34,862 nt of DNA from Pseudomonadota bacterium (GCA_043718025.1 JAYSWN010000075.1:1-34862), one strand, 5' to 3'; numbered from the stretch's first letter, positions 18,721 through 28,555 are shown. Notes: a model not told the origin generated them from the sequence alone. Translations and numbers: made by a program.

Positions 18721-20082
18721 TTACTGACTGACGATTAGGGTGTAGATTCGATTTTGAATATTCTGATTGGCGAGGGCCTTCAAAGTGTCGTCAACAAATT
18801 GGGTCATACCGGTTCTTAGCTCGTAAGACTCTTCGTCGGTAATCACAATCGACATTCGGTTTGCCCCTTTCCAACTCAATCCCTTAGCGGCCAGCGCCAT
18901 GCCGTGAAACGACGCCTCGCCGGGATTCGTGCTGTGATTCTTTTTAGCATACTCGGCTAGCAGCCGTTTCAAAGTGGTGCCGGTTTTCACCATGTCGTTA
19001 GTAAAGTCTTGCTCGACCAGTTCTCGCTTAGGTTCACCAAAAGTAACGATGGCGATACGAATGTCTCTTCCTGCCTTTTTTACGTTCTCAAGCTCGGTCA
19101 CAATCGACAACAGGCCATCAATCACCCCTTGAATGTCATCGGCCATCGAGCCTGAGTAGTCGACAATGAAGGCAATTTCTAACGCATCAGAGTTTTTATT
19201 CAGCTGCTGTTTAAAATGGCTGATGCTGTCACTGATCGAGACCGGCAGGCTGGCCGCGGTTTTCGAAAAGCCGACGCTGCCGCCGGTTTTGGAGCTCAAA
19301 ATGACACCGTCCTCTGCGGCCTGCACGGAAAATCCGTTGCGGGTGGCGTACTCGGTGACCGCCTTGGCATCGGATAAGGGGAGCAATTTGCCCGTGGTAT
19401 CTCGTACCCAGCCCGAGTCTTTCGCCCCGACTGCCGCCGCCACTTCTTGGTCGCGTGCAGTAGGAACAATTTGTGGAATTGACTGCACCATTGGCGCCTT
19501 ATTGCCAGTGAGCCGCGCATAGACTTGTGACTTGGAGTGAGCGTACGCCAGGATAGTTTTTTGATCCTGGGTGAGTAGGCTGCGAATGCCAGACAAAGTG
19601 CTCGAAAGCCGTTCATAGCGCCGCTTTTTTTCAAGCAGTTCATTTTTCTTAGCGTCACCGAGTTGGTAGACCAAGGCAGCGTTGTCGGCGAGCCCGCTCC
19701 ACAGCACGAGAATTTGTTGCTCAAGCGCGGTGAGTTTATTAACCGCCCTTCGATGTAATTCAGTCGTGACTTTAACTTGGGCCTCTAAAGCCGTTGCCGT
19801 GATGTCGGAGAGCTGCACAACGAGCCGATCGGAAGTCATCACCACTTCGCCGGTGCTAGTTGCGTACTCGCTCAAAGTGACGTCGAGGTCTTCCAAGGCT
19901 AACAGCTCTTTTTCAGACTCTTGCTGTGCCCGGTAGGAGGTGCCCAAAAGGGCGTTATATTTTTTGACCAGTTCATTGTAGTCGTTGCCGTTCGACGGCG
20001 TTGGCACGGTTAGCGGAATTCCGCAGCCGGTGAGTAAAAGACAGAGGGCTACTAAAGTGGCGGTTAGTTTTCGTTGTAACAT
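18721..20082 (-). CDS. Lipoprotein with coiled-coil stalk and C-terminal vWA domain
   Basis: Lipobox LLTG-C; helical heptads; FIVDYSGSM MIDAS, IAIVTF, IVITDE; GAAGGA RBS. Confidence 0.9.
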   Translation of the reverse strand: MLQRKLTATLVALCLLLTGCGIPLTVPTPSNGNDYNELVKKYNALLGTSYRAQQESEKELLALEDLDVTLSEYATSTGEVVMTSDRLVVQLSDITATALEAQVKVTTELHRRAVNKLTALEQQILVLWSGLADNAALVYQLGDAKKNELLEKKRRYERLSSTLSGIRSLLTQDQKTILAYAHSKSQVYARLTGNKAPMVQSIPQIVPTARDQEVAAAVGAKDSGWVRDTTGKLLPLSDAKAVTEYATRNGFSVQAAEDGVILSSKTGGSVGFSKTAASLPVSISDSISHFKQQLNKNSDALEIAFIVDYSGSMADDIQGVIDGLLSIVTELENVKKAGRDIRIAIVTFGEPKRELVEQDFTNDMVKTGTTLKRLLAEYAKKNHSTNPGEASFHGMALAAKGLSWKGANRMSIVITDEESYELRTGMTQFVDDTLKALANQNIQNRIYTLIVSQ

Positions 20083-20270
20083 AATTTCTTTCCTTCGTAT
20101 GACGGGCGGGCCCGTCGGTTTTGGTTGAAGGGGTTATAGAAATTCCAATGGCGAGTTTCTAGTAAATGCCGTGAATTAGGTTGATTCTTGTTTCGCGGGC
20201 GAAACAGAGCAAGGATGAAAGAGCCCATTGCCTGGGTTCTATCCACTATTAGTGGGCGCGTTTTCGCTCT

Positions 20271-20457
20271 CGTCTTTGCGAGGCCGCAGGCCGAAGCAAT
20301 CCTCACACGGTGGAATAAAAGTCATTCCATTGAAAATTGTTGGTAACGCCGATGTAAAGGACGCTACCAGTCCAATTCGCCATAATGTAAATAAAACTCT
20401 GTCTCTCATCAATCATCGGCCAAGGATTGCCGCGCCACTTCGTGGCTCGCAAGGACG
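20271..20457. mobile_element. MITE-like element with REP-type palindromic ends
   Basis: Left CGTCTTTGCGAG-GCCGCAGGCCGAA-GCAATCC; right GGATTGC-CGCGCCACTTCGTGG-CTCGCAAGGACG. The outer 12-mers are inverted (1 mismatch) and the inner 7-mers are perfectly inverted. Confidence 0.75.
20303..20416 (-). pseudogene. Internally deleted GIY-YIG nuclease gene
   Basis: Manual translation MIDERQSFIYIMANWTGSVLYIGVTNNFQWNDFYSTV*: GIY-YIG N-terminal motifs joined directly to a WxDxY-like C-terminal tail. Confidence 0.8.
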
Positions 20458-20628
20458 GGTGGGGAGCTTACCGCCAACTTTTAGAGGAAAGAACCCATTG
20501 TCTGTTTACGCAATTGGCAATTTTGATGGGGTGGACACTTTAGTTCCGTATTCTAAAGGAACACAACGCTGCCGGTCTGGGCCTCGAAACTGCACTTAAA
20601 CCGTTTAGTCGGAATTGGGGGGCTCATC

Positions 20629-21657
20629 ATGGAACGGCACATCGGCTGGGGAATTCTCATCCTTATAGTTCTGCTTATTTTCTCTAAAACCAGGGTTGAA
20701 ACAAGGGCATTGGTTTCGCCACGCCAGGCTTCTGTCGCGCGCGAAATTCCGGCGGCTGAAGCAAATCGTGGCCCCGCGATGGAAAAAGAGCGAATGGCTC
20801 CAAGCAAAGAGGTAGTGCCAGACTCCGCGCGCGAGGCAAGTCTCGCCGTCGATATGGAGCGGCTGCTCACCATGGCCGCGAACGCGGGCAGTAGAATGGC
20901 GGTGGAACGGGCAATAGCGCAATTCGAGCTGGTCGGGCTGTTGGCGAAACAGGGGCGTATCGCCGAGGCAGTTATGGCCGCGCAGGTTGCCCAGGCCATT
21001 GCAGAAGAGTCGGGTGACGATGGTCATCGTCGGCGCGCGGCGCGGATTTTGGCGACGCTTTATGAATTAAAAAATTCTGGAGCAGATGCTAGATCTCGGT
21101 TGGTGCCCGCCGGATGGACCGAGGCGCGCGAAAAAGAAGACCCAAGTATCCCGGCTGAGGCGCTCCCATTAGTTACTTCGAGCGTTCCCACTGCCGATGA
21201 GGCGGCCGCACGTGATCAAGCGGAAATAGATTTAAAGGCCCGCCTAAAAAGAACTTACGCAGATTCCGAAGTCTTTAGTGCCCCAAAGGTTAGCCCTTAC
21301 CTTATGGAACGCGCAGGAATAGCGGTACGGTACCAGTCCCTTGGATTTCCCGAAGAGGCCGAAAAGCGCTTTGCTGACTTGCTACACGAGTACGGTGATT
21401 CCACTTACGTACAGAAGGAGTATGCCGGCTATTTGGCGCAAACCAGAGGCGAGAAAGCGGCCATTCGCTACTTAAGGGAAAAGAATTTGCAAACCCCGAA
21501 TGATCTTTTCTTGCGGGTATCGTTAGATACCGCCGAAGAATTAGCGTTACTTCCGAACGCTGACAACGCGCGCGACCGCCTTTATCTTGAGATCGGCGGC
21601 CGCCTACAATTTCTAAACGCCCTGCCCACATTCGCAACGGCGAGCGACACAAACTAG
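20629..21657 (+). CDS. Membrane-anchored TPR-like helical protein
   Basis: N-terminal TM GWGILILIVLLIF; Ala-rich helices such as EEAEKRFADLLHEYGDSTYVQKEYAGYL; GGGGG RBS. Confidence 0.68.
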   Translation: MERHIGWGILILIVLLIFSKTRVETRALVSPRQASVAREIPAAEANRGPAMEKERMAPSKEVVPDSAREASLAVDMERLLTMAANAGSRMAVERAIAQFELVGLLAKQGRIAEAVMAAQVAQAIAEESGDDGHRRRAARILATLYELKNSGADARSRLVPAGWTEAREKEDPSIPAEALPLVTSSVPTADEAAARDQAEIDLKARLKRTYADSEVFSAPKVSPYLMERAGIAVRYQSLGFPEEAEKRFADLLHEYGDSTYVQKEYAGYLAQTRGEKAAIRYLREKNLQTPNDLFLRVSLDTAEELALLPNADNARDRLYLEIGGRLQFLNALPTFATASDTN

Positions 21658-22409
21658 AAGCTGTATTCAACGCCACCGGAGATCAAGGCCGCGCTACCGC
21701 CCGCAAAGATCATGCGCAAATTAGCCACGGCCACCAAGTTTTTGGAAAGGTCGTAGGTAAAGGCACCGCCTAAGTTCAGGCCGACAGAAGTGCTGCTAGC
21801 CGAGAGCAAACCAACCGTCGTACTGGCGTTTAAGAGCGCAAACCCAAATTCGCCGCCAACGTGCATTTTGTTTCCGAGCGAATAAATGCCTCGTGCGTTG
21901 AATAAAATTTCGAAGGCCGAACTAGAGGCGCCCGCGCCGCCCGCCGAGGGAAAAAAGAATAACGAAGGGCCAAGATCTAAACGGATTTCGGGAGTAAGAC
22001 GCGTTAGTTTGTAGTACCCGCCAATGCCCGGCGCAAATCCCGTGCCCCCGGTCTGTACGCCTAAATCAGCGTGAACCGAGTAGGGGTGAGCGATTGGTCC
22101 CGAAGTGGTGGCATAACTCTCGCTGGCGGTATTGCGATCGCCATTGCTCCCATTGTCGGTCTGTTTTACGTTTTTTGCGGCAATCCAAACTGACTTACCG
22201 TTGTAGTTTATGGCCACCCAGTTGCCTTTGGTGCTGATCACTTGAAACCGTTGCCCAGGTGTGGCGGTGCCGATTTTCTTAGGCTTGTTGTTGGCCCCGC
22301 TTCCGAATAGGTCAGTTTTTTGCGTGACCTCAACTTCACCGGCCATCGCCGAAATAAAAGAAAATAAAAAACCGATCAGCCCAACTTTTGCCACCCAAGT
22401 CATTTTCAT
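21654..22409 (-). CDS. SH3-domain plus small outer-membrane beta-barrel protein
   Basis: Signal peptide; KIGTATPGQRFQVISTKGNWVAINYNGKSVWI (bacterial SH3); amphipathic strands ending GGVEYSF (beta-signal). Confidence 0.85.
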   Translation of the reverse strand: MKMTWVAKVGLIGFLFSFISAMAGEVEVTQKTDLFGSGANNKPKKIGTATPGQRFQVISTKGNWVAINYNGKSVWIAAKNVKQTDNGSNGDRNTASESYATTSGPIAHPYSVHADLGVQTGGTGFAPGIGGYYKLTRLTPEIRLDLGPSLFFFPSAGGAGASSSAFEILFNARGIYSLGNKMHVGGEFGFALLNASTTVGLLSASSTSVGLNLGGAFTYDLSKNLVAVANLRMIFAGGSAALISGGVEYSF

Positions 22410-22467
22410 ATTCCCCCTAGAAACGATTTAACGACCATATTAACGCGGGTTTCAACAAACCCAAGCG

Positions 22468-23001
22468 CTATTTTTGTACGGCCCACTTCTTGTCTTTGCC
22501 AAAAATGACGGTGCACGCCAAATCGCCGTTGATTTTGAAATGGCGTTTAAAAGATTTGATGCCTTGGCTTGGGTAGTAAGAAAGCTGGTACTTAAGCGAA
22601 AACGCCTCGTCGCGGTTGGTGCCAATGGCCAAGCTACCGATCATGATATTGGTCAGAGTTGGCGTGTGATAAACGCGGTGCATTAACATCAAAGGCACTT
22701 CGAGCTCGCTGGCGTCATTGCCGGAAGGCTTTCCGATGACAAATAGCGGCTCATTTTTCAAGTTTAGCCAGCCGCCCTTTTCTTCATCCTGCACGGCCGG
22801 TGCATTGCTAAAGCCCTTGATGCGCAATTTTGCCTTGAAGCCCGACCCTTTTTCTTCTGCATCCTGGGTGGTCGGCGACACTTCGCACTCCAGCGTTTCA
22901 TCGGCAACGCGAGCTAGCTCTAGCTGCATTGAAGTGTCGGCACCGAAGCCGGAATTGAAACAAAGTAAGCCAATTGAAAAAATAAATTTAATTGATCGCA
23001 T
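22468..23001 (-). CDS. Secreted hypothetical protein
   Basis: ATG at 23001 after GGGGGG; MRSIKFIFSIGLLCFNSGFGA signal; two mature Cys. Confidence 0.68.
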   Translation of the reverse strand: MRSIKFIFSIGLLCFNSGFGADTSMQLELARVADETLECEVSPTTQDAEEKGSGFKAKLRIKGFSNAPAVQDEEKGGWLNLKNEPLFVIGKPSGNDASELEVPLMLMHRVYHTPTLTNIMIGSLAIGTNRDEAFSLKYQLSYYPSQGIKSFKRHFKINGDLACTVIFGKDKKWAVQK

Positions 23002-23120
23002 AGTCCCCCCGAACCAAAATCGAACTGTGTGTTTATTTCTCATCCAAGGAAACTGACGTAAATGTTTTTATGAGAAATAAAGATATTTAGATTGGCTCGT
23101 TGCGTTAGCGAATTGAGTGA

Positions 23121-25091
23121 CTACCGCTTAAAAGCGGCGGGGCCGATTTCTAAAACGGCCGCATTAGCAAAGCATTCAAAAGCCAAATCCCCAATTAGCG
23201 GGTCTGAAGAGTCGCGGGCTTGTTGAAGAAGGCCTTCTCCCGCCTGAATTAGCATTTTTATCGATTGGGCCTGACGCGCATAATTGGCAACGGCGCGCCA
23301 ATTCTTAAGCTTCGCATTCGCCACGGCGAGGCGAAGCGCATTCCTTTTTTCCTCATTCTCAGGTTTCCATTTTTCAAGCACCGCGGGACGAAAGATTTCA
23401 TCGATCGCCGCCGATCTGAATTCATCGGCCACCGTGGGGTGGAAGGGTAGTAAATCTTCCTGCTCGTTTAACGCAACTCCCCTAAATAGTACGGCTTCGG
23501 CTTTGGCCGCCGTGTATTTAATTTCAGCTCGATTCAAGCGCTCAATATAGCGCCGATTTAACCCCTCATCCCTCATCTCCCGCAACATAGGCAACAGTTT
23601 AGAGTCGTCCCTTGCAACGCTCAGCCGGCGATTGCCAGGTAGGCCACTTTCAGTGAGTAGATCTATAACCTGCACCGCCGCTGACCAATTGCCATCAAGC
23701 CGCGCCGCCGCCGCGTTGAGTTCCCAAGGCACGTAGTAGTACGCATCGGCGTTGTGGTGCTTACCAGTGGTTCGAAAGCTAAAAATCGTATCGCCAAAAT
23801 GGCGCAGCCGCGCCACATCGCGGATAGAGACCAAGGCATCTACAACGTGATCGCTTACGGGAATAAACTCTTCTTCGTGCTGCAGAATTTTGTCGGAAAG
23901 GGCTTGGATCCGTTTCACAATCCCATCGTCTTCACAAACGGTTAAAAGCTTTGGTGTGTTTCCATACGAATGGGCGTAAGCGACTGTATCTCCAGTCGCC
24001 CTGAGCGCATCCAGCGCGAGCGCGTAATAATCAATCTCGTCTCGTAGTCCCCAGTCATCGACGTCGCGTTTTCGCTGTTCGATAAAGCGGGCGCTTGATA
24101 TTTCGTCAGCAAAAGTTTGCAGCAGCCGGCGGGCATCCCCTCTAAGGTCAGCGCCTTGGATTAACCCCAAACTTCGCACCCCTTCGCTGAAGAGGGGGCG
24201 AATCGTGCTAAACCGCAAATCGTTAGAAACTTCTTTCACCGCCATTCTCACCGAAGCCTCGGCAAATTGAGCCATGGCGATATTAAACAGAGCTACGTCA
24301 TGCTTGAGAAGATAGGCGAGATCGGTTGCAGTAGACCAGTCTCGCATTGTGATTAGGTAGCTAAGCAGTTGCGTGGCTTCCGAAACCATGTCTGCCGCGA
24401 GGGCCAGGCGGGCCACTTCGAGTGCTTTGTATCCCCAGATTTCGAACTCATTTTCGTCATCAAGCCGAAGGTTTCGCATCTGGAACATCGCCGTCACGTT
24501 GCCCGCCATGGCTTCTCTGATTTCGTGATCTTCCGCGTCTAGCGGTGGATTTACCATTGGGATATGTAAAATGTTTTCGCCGATGTTCATAAAGGGAATA
24601 AACGGCTTTATCCACTCGGCGCTCGCCGTGGGCTGTCCAATCAGATCTCCAGCTCTCACCTTTGGTGCCACCTCGCCTAAGAACCACGGTGGCATTTTCG
24701 GTTGAGGCCCCCAGCCAGGAACAATTCGCGTGGCAATGTATTTTTTGACCAAAGGGCGAATCAGTTTCTTTGAGTCCTTTAGTGGCACCCCAAGGAGCAG
24801 CAGGCGATAAAAAGACTGCAACGCTCGGCCTGAGTCCTTGTAGATACCGAGTTTTTGGTCGCTATATAGTCCGGCCGTGGCGGCGGCAATCAGTCGACCC
24901 CTCATTGTGCGAGTGGCGAGGCTAAACACGGTGGGCAGCTCCCTTGCCGAGTAAAGGTTTAGCGTTTTTTGATCAACGCCGAAGCGTAAAATCAACTGGG
25001 CGCACGTCACTTTATCGAGCCCGGGAGTCACGCCAGAGGCAAAAAGGGAAGGGATGAAGACCAGAAGTAGGATCGAATAAAGGGTAGGCAC
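23121..25091 (-). CDS. Large exported alpha-helical hypothetical protein
   Basis: 656 aa; GGAG RBS; signal peptide ending SLFA followed by VTCAQLI. Confidence 0.75.
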   Translation of the reverse strand: MPTLYSILLLVFIPSLFASGVTPGLDKVTCAQLILRFGVDQKTLNLYSARELPTVFSLATRTMRGRLIAAATAGLYSDQKLGIYKDSGRALQSFYRLLLLGVPLKDSKKLIRPLVKKYIATRIVPGWGPQPKMPPWFLGEVAPKVRAGDLIGQPTASAEWIKPFIPFMNIGENILHIPMVNPPLDAEDHEIREAMAGNVTAMFQMRNLRLDDENEFEIWGYKALEVARLALAADMVSEATQLLSYLITMRDWSTATDLAYLLKHDVALFNIAMAQFAEASVRMAVKEVSNDLRFSTIRPLFSEGVRSLGLIQGADLRGDARRLLQTFADEISSARFIEQRKRDVDDWGLRDEIDYYALALDALRATGDTVAYAHSYGNTPKLLTVCEDDGIVKRIQALSDKILQHEEEFIPVSDHVVDALVSIRDVARLRHFGDTIFSFRTTGKHHNADAYYYVPWELNAAAARLDGNWSAAVQVIDLLTESGLPGNRRLSVARDDSKLLPMLREMRDEGLNRRYIERLNRAEIKYTAAKAEAVLFRGVALNEQEDLLPFHPTVADEFRSAAIDEIFRPAVLEKWKPENEEKRNALRLAVANAKLKNWRAVANYARQAQSIKMLIQAGEGLLQQARDSSDPLIGDLAFECFANAAVLEIGPAAFKR

Positions 25092-25367
25092 TCAGTCTCC
25101 ATGACCCCGCGCATTAGAGCGGGTCATTTCATAATCTTCTGCACAATACAATTCGTAAGTGGATGAGCGGCGTGCCCGAGCGCCAGTTTGGAAACCCCGT
25201 GGATACTGGTTTAGGGAAAGTGCGGACAAAGCGCCCTGACCCCAAGCGCTTGGTTTATCCAATAAAAGCTGCTTTCGAAGCCGTTTTTTTAGTTAATGTG
25301 ATGAATTTATTTTCTTTTTACCGGTTAAATAAATAAGCTGTCGTAAACCTAAAGATAAGAGTGCGAA

Positions 25368-27746
25368 ATGCCCCCAAAATCCAAATTTTTTCGACGGCTA
25401 CTGGTTGATTTTTCCGCCCCCATCACTTTAGTTTTCTTGGCGTTAGCGCTATGGGGGGCCTACGTCAGCCGCAATATTGAGTTAAAACTCTCTTTGACCG
25501 ACCTGCTCCCGCAAAATCACCCCGGGGTTATCAAGTTCAATAAACTCACCGAGATCGTGGGCGGCGTGGGGTACATGGAGATTGTGCTCCATGCGGAAGA
25601 TGGAAAGTCGCATCTCGCCATCGCCCCGTCCCTTATCCAAAAGTTTAAGGCCTCGCCACTGGTGCGAAGCGCTTTTTTTGACCGCGAAGAACACTTTTTT
25701 CTCACCCGGGCTCTCTACTATGTCGACTTACCGAAGCTAAAAGAAATTCAGAAAAACGCGGACCGCGGAGTGGTGAACGCGAAACGGCGCATGTTTGATA
25801 TTGGCCTTTGGGACGATGAGCCGCAGGCCGAGGCCGCCCCGATCATTGATGCCGATTTAAAAAACTTTGCCGAGCGCGTGGCCACGAGTCGGCCGCAGCT
25901 CACGTCGAAAGATGGAAAAGATCTGCTGTTGTTACTCAAACCCAACTTCGACTCCCTCGACATGGAGCGCAGTAAAGAGCTCGTAACGCTGACCGAAACG
26001 ATTCTAAACGAAAACATTAAACCGCCAGTAAGTTACCGTTTGGCGGGTCGTTATTACAGTAAGGTGAAAGACGCCGAGATCATCGATCACGATATCGTTG
26101 TGCTGGGCCTGCTTTCTAATTTGGTAATGGCGATCATTCTCCTCTTTTATTTTCGCAGCGTGCGCGCCGTTATATCTATCTTTATTCCGGTGGTTTTGGG
26201 TTTAGGCGTGGCGAGCTTGCTCACTTGGGCCGTCATTGGTCACATCAATCTGATTACGGGTTTTCTGGTTGGAATTATTTCTGGAGTGGGTTCCGACTAC
26301 GGCATTCACATGCTTTGGCGATTGCGCCTCGAACAGCGTGAACCCTCGGGGCCCGACCCCGATCCGTTGTGGCGCACGCTACAAACTAGCGGCTGGGCAA
26401 ACTTTGTTACGATTATTTCTACGGTGCTTTGCTTTGGCTTTATGTGTGGAAGTTCTTTTAAGGTCTTTTCTGAATTTGGCTTTATCAGCGCCGTCGGCCT
26501 CTCGGCCATTCTGTTCTCAAAACTGGGGTCATTTTATTGGACCTCGAAGTTGCTAAATCTTGAAGAGATCATGGCTAAAGGAAAATACCCATTTGGTAAC
26601 CGATCGCTGTGGCTACTTTCTGGTCAGCGCCCTTTCCTCTTGTCGCTCGCCGTTTCGGCTCTGTTAATCGCGTTTTCATCAAAGGTGGGTTTTGAATTCG
26701 ATTTCGAGAAGATGATGCAGCACTCTGCCGAGGTGGGTAAAACCAATCACCTCATCGATGAGATTTATAATCGTTCGTCTACCCCCTCTGCTTTTGCTAC
26801 CGACAGTAAAGAGCGAGCGCTCGAAGTTGAGAAGTACATAAACAAGAAATACATGCCGGAAACGGTACAAAGCATTATTGGCGGGGCCAGCATTCTTCCT
26901 GATCAGCAGCAGGAGAAGGCGGAAGTTCTCGCCAAAATGAACAAAACGTTGCTCCCGATCAAAGACAAATTGCTCACCGAGGCCCTGGGGGTGCCGGGAA
27001 AATCGATTCGTTCTTGGGTGAACGCCACCCCGTTTACCTTTAGCGACGTGCCCATTTATATTCAGGAGGCTTTGCGTGGTACCAAGCAGGCCGGTTACCT
27101 AATCTACGTTTACCCGGTAGAGCATCTCGACAATGCTAAATCGGTGGCCAAATTTGCCGCCTTTATTAAAGACGTGGAGACCCGTTTTCCGGACCTGATC
27201 AGCGGCTCCGACGTTGGCATTTTTTCTGACATTCTAGATTTGGTGAAAAGAGACGGCACCATTATCTTGCTGCTTATTCTCGTATTCGTCGGGATTTTTA
27301 TGTGGATAAATCTCCGTAGCTTTACCGAGGCGGTACTCTGTTACGTGCCGTTTATCTTGTCGTTACCAATTGGCATTGGCCTGATGGCGTTGTTCAAGGT
27401 GGAGTTCAATATATTCAATACGGCCATTCTGCCGGCGTTGGTGGCGGTAGGCATTGAGATTCCAATTCAACTCATGCAGCGGGCTCGCGAAGTGAAATCC
27501 GGTTTCAAAGCGGTAAACGATGTTGCGGTGAGCCTTCAGCTTTCATTATTGACCACCTTTATCGGCTTCGGCACTCTGGTCTTCACCCGCGCCGGAGTTT
27601 TAAAAAGCCTGGGCTGGATCTCGTTGCTTTCAATTGCCGCTATTTGGTTCGTGGGTATTTTTGTGCAGCCTGCAATTCTAGAGCGCTTTTACCAGCGTTC
27701 CCGCAAAAAAGCGTTGCTGACGACAAATGAAGAGGTCACCGTTTAA
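25368..27746 (+). CDS. MMPL/RND family transporter
   Basis: 792 aa; duplicated 1+5 TM topology; LTDLLPQNHP; YFRSVR; GVGSDYGIH; FKVFSEFG. Confidence 0.92.
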   Translation: MPPKSKFFRRLLVDFSAPITLVFLALALWGAYVSRNIELKLSLTDLLPQNHPGVIKFNKLTEIVGGVGYMEIVLHAEDGKSHLAIAPSLIQKFKASPLVRSAFFDREEHFFLTRALYYVDLPKLKEIQKNADRGVVNAKRRMFDIGLWDDEPQAEAAPIIDADLKNFAERVATSRPQLTSKDGKDLLLLLKPNFDSLDMERSKELVTLTETILNENIKPPVSYRLAGRYYSKVKDAEIIDHDIVVLGLLSNLVMAIILLFYFRSVRAVISIFIPVVLGLGVASLLTWAVIGHINLITGFLVGIISGVGSDYGIHMLWRLRLEQREPSGPDPDPLWRTLQTSGWANFVTIISTVLCFGFMCGSSFKVFSEFGFISAVGLSAILFSKLGSFYWTSKLLNLEEIMAKGKYPFGNRSLWLLSGQRPFLLSLAVSALLIAFSSKVGFEFDFEKMMQHSAEVGKTNHLIDEIYNRSSTPSAFATDSKERALEVEKYINKKYMPETVQSIIGGASILPDQQQEKAEVLAKMNKTLLPIKDKLLTEALGVPGKSIRSWVNATPFTFSDVPIYIQEALRGTKQAGYLIYVYPVEHLDNAKSVAKFAAFIKDVETRFPDLISGSDVGIFSDILDLVKRDGTIILLLILVFVGIFMWINLRSFTEAVLCYVPFILSLPIGIGLMALFKVEFNIFNTAILPALVAVGIEIPIQLMQRAREVKSGFKAVNDVAVSLQLSLLTTFIGFGTLVFTRAGVLKSLGWISLLSIAAIWFVGIFVQPAILERFYQRSRKKALLTTNEEVTV

Positions 27747-28555
27747 AGGCCAGCGTTTCCCGCCGGCCCAACTCGAATACGAATCACTGGCGTCTTTGAA
27801 TATCTAGTCGTTCCTTCGCGGATAAAAAATCCACGTTGGCGCAGGGTGGCTACCCATTGTGCGTAGGCCGCTGACTGCGCAAAGTTTCTATCGAGCTGAG
27901 AAAAGATCTCGCCGTCGGGTGCGAGCCAACGAGCGTAACGTTTTATTGTAGCGTGCAGTACCGCGCCATAAGCCACAACGTCGGTTTCGGCGGAACCGGC
28001 GGGCCCCAGTAGCCCCCCGATGGGGCGAATGACGATGAGATCAAATTGGTCAACGCCCCTTGTTTTCATATCTGCGCTAACCGCCGTCGCGGTGGCCCTT
28101 CTATAAACATCTCCGCTAACTTGCCCGCGCTTGATGCGTGGGTCAGGCGGAGCGTCGGCAAATTGTTTTTTAGTGAGCCGCACCCCGGTGATGCTGTCGA
28201 CATCTTGGGGGTTGAGAAATACGCCGGAGCCAGCCAGCTCAAGAACGTGCCTGCGCGTTGGCCCGCGTTGGCGTAACAACTCTGCGAAAGTTCCTTCCGG
28301 CAGAACCGAAGCAAAGTAGTCGTTATAGTCGGGGGTGCTCATGCCGTCGGCGCCTACGATTTCGTTATGGCCCATGTCCCCCAATGACAGCAGGGAGTGC
28401 ACGAATTCGGTTTCGTAACTCAGGAACTTGCGCATGGCCGGCAACAAAGATTTACAATCCGCGGCCGCGGCCGGCGGGGTAAAAAAGCAGAGTAGAAGAT
28501 AGAGTAAAGATGAAAGGGGAAGAATGACAAAGAGAAGAGAAATGGTAGTTTTCAT
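27743..28555 (-). CDS. Exported SAM-methyltransferase-fold protein
   Basis: ATG at 28555; signal peptide ending AAAA then DCKSLL; HVLELAGSG (motif I-like), SGDV, FDLIV, RWLAPDGEIF. Confidence 0.7.
   Translation of the reverse strand: MKTTISLLFVILPLSSLLYLLLCFFTPPAAAADCKSLLPAMRKFLSYETEFVHSLLSLGDMGHNEIVGADGMSTPDYNDYFASVLPEGTFAELLRQRGPTRRHVLELAGSGVFLNPQDVDSITGVRLTKKQFADAPPDPRIKRGQVSGDVYRRATATAVSADMKTRGVDQFDLIVIRPIGGLLGPAGSAETDVVAYGAVLHATIKRYARWLAPDGEIFSQLDRNFAQSAAYAQWVATLRQRGFFIREGTTRYSKTPVIRIRVGPAGNAGL

Noticed and set aside
20228..20599. 123-aa plus-strand ORF, and the 80-aa minus ORF at 20064-20306
   Set aside because: These read through the palindromic element. SLRGRRPKQS and IAAPLRGSQ are translations of the repeat ends, and the real coding remnant is on the minus strand.
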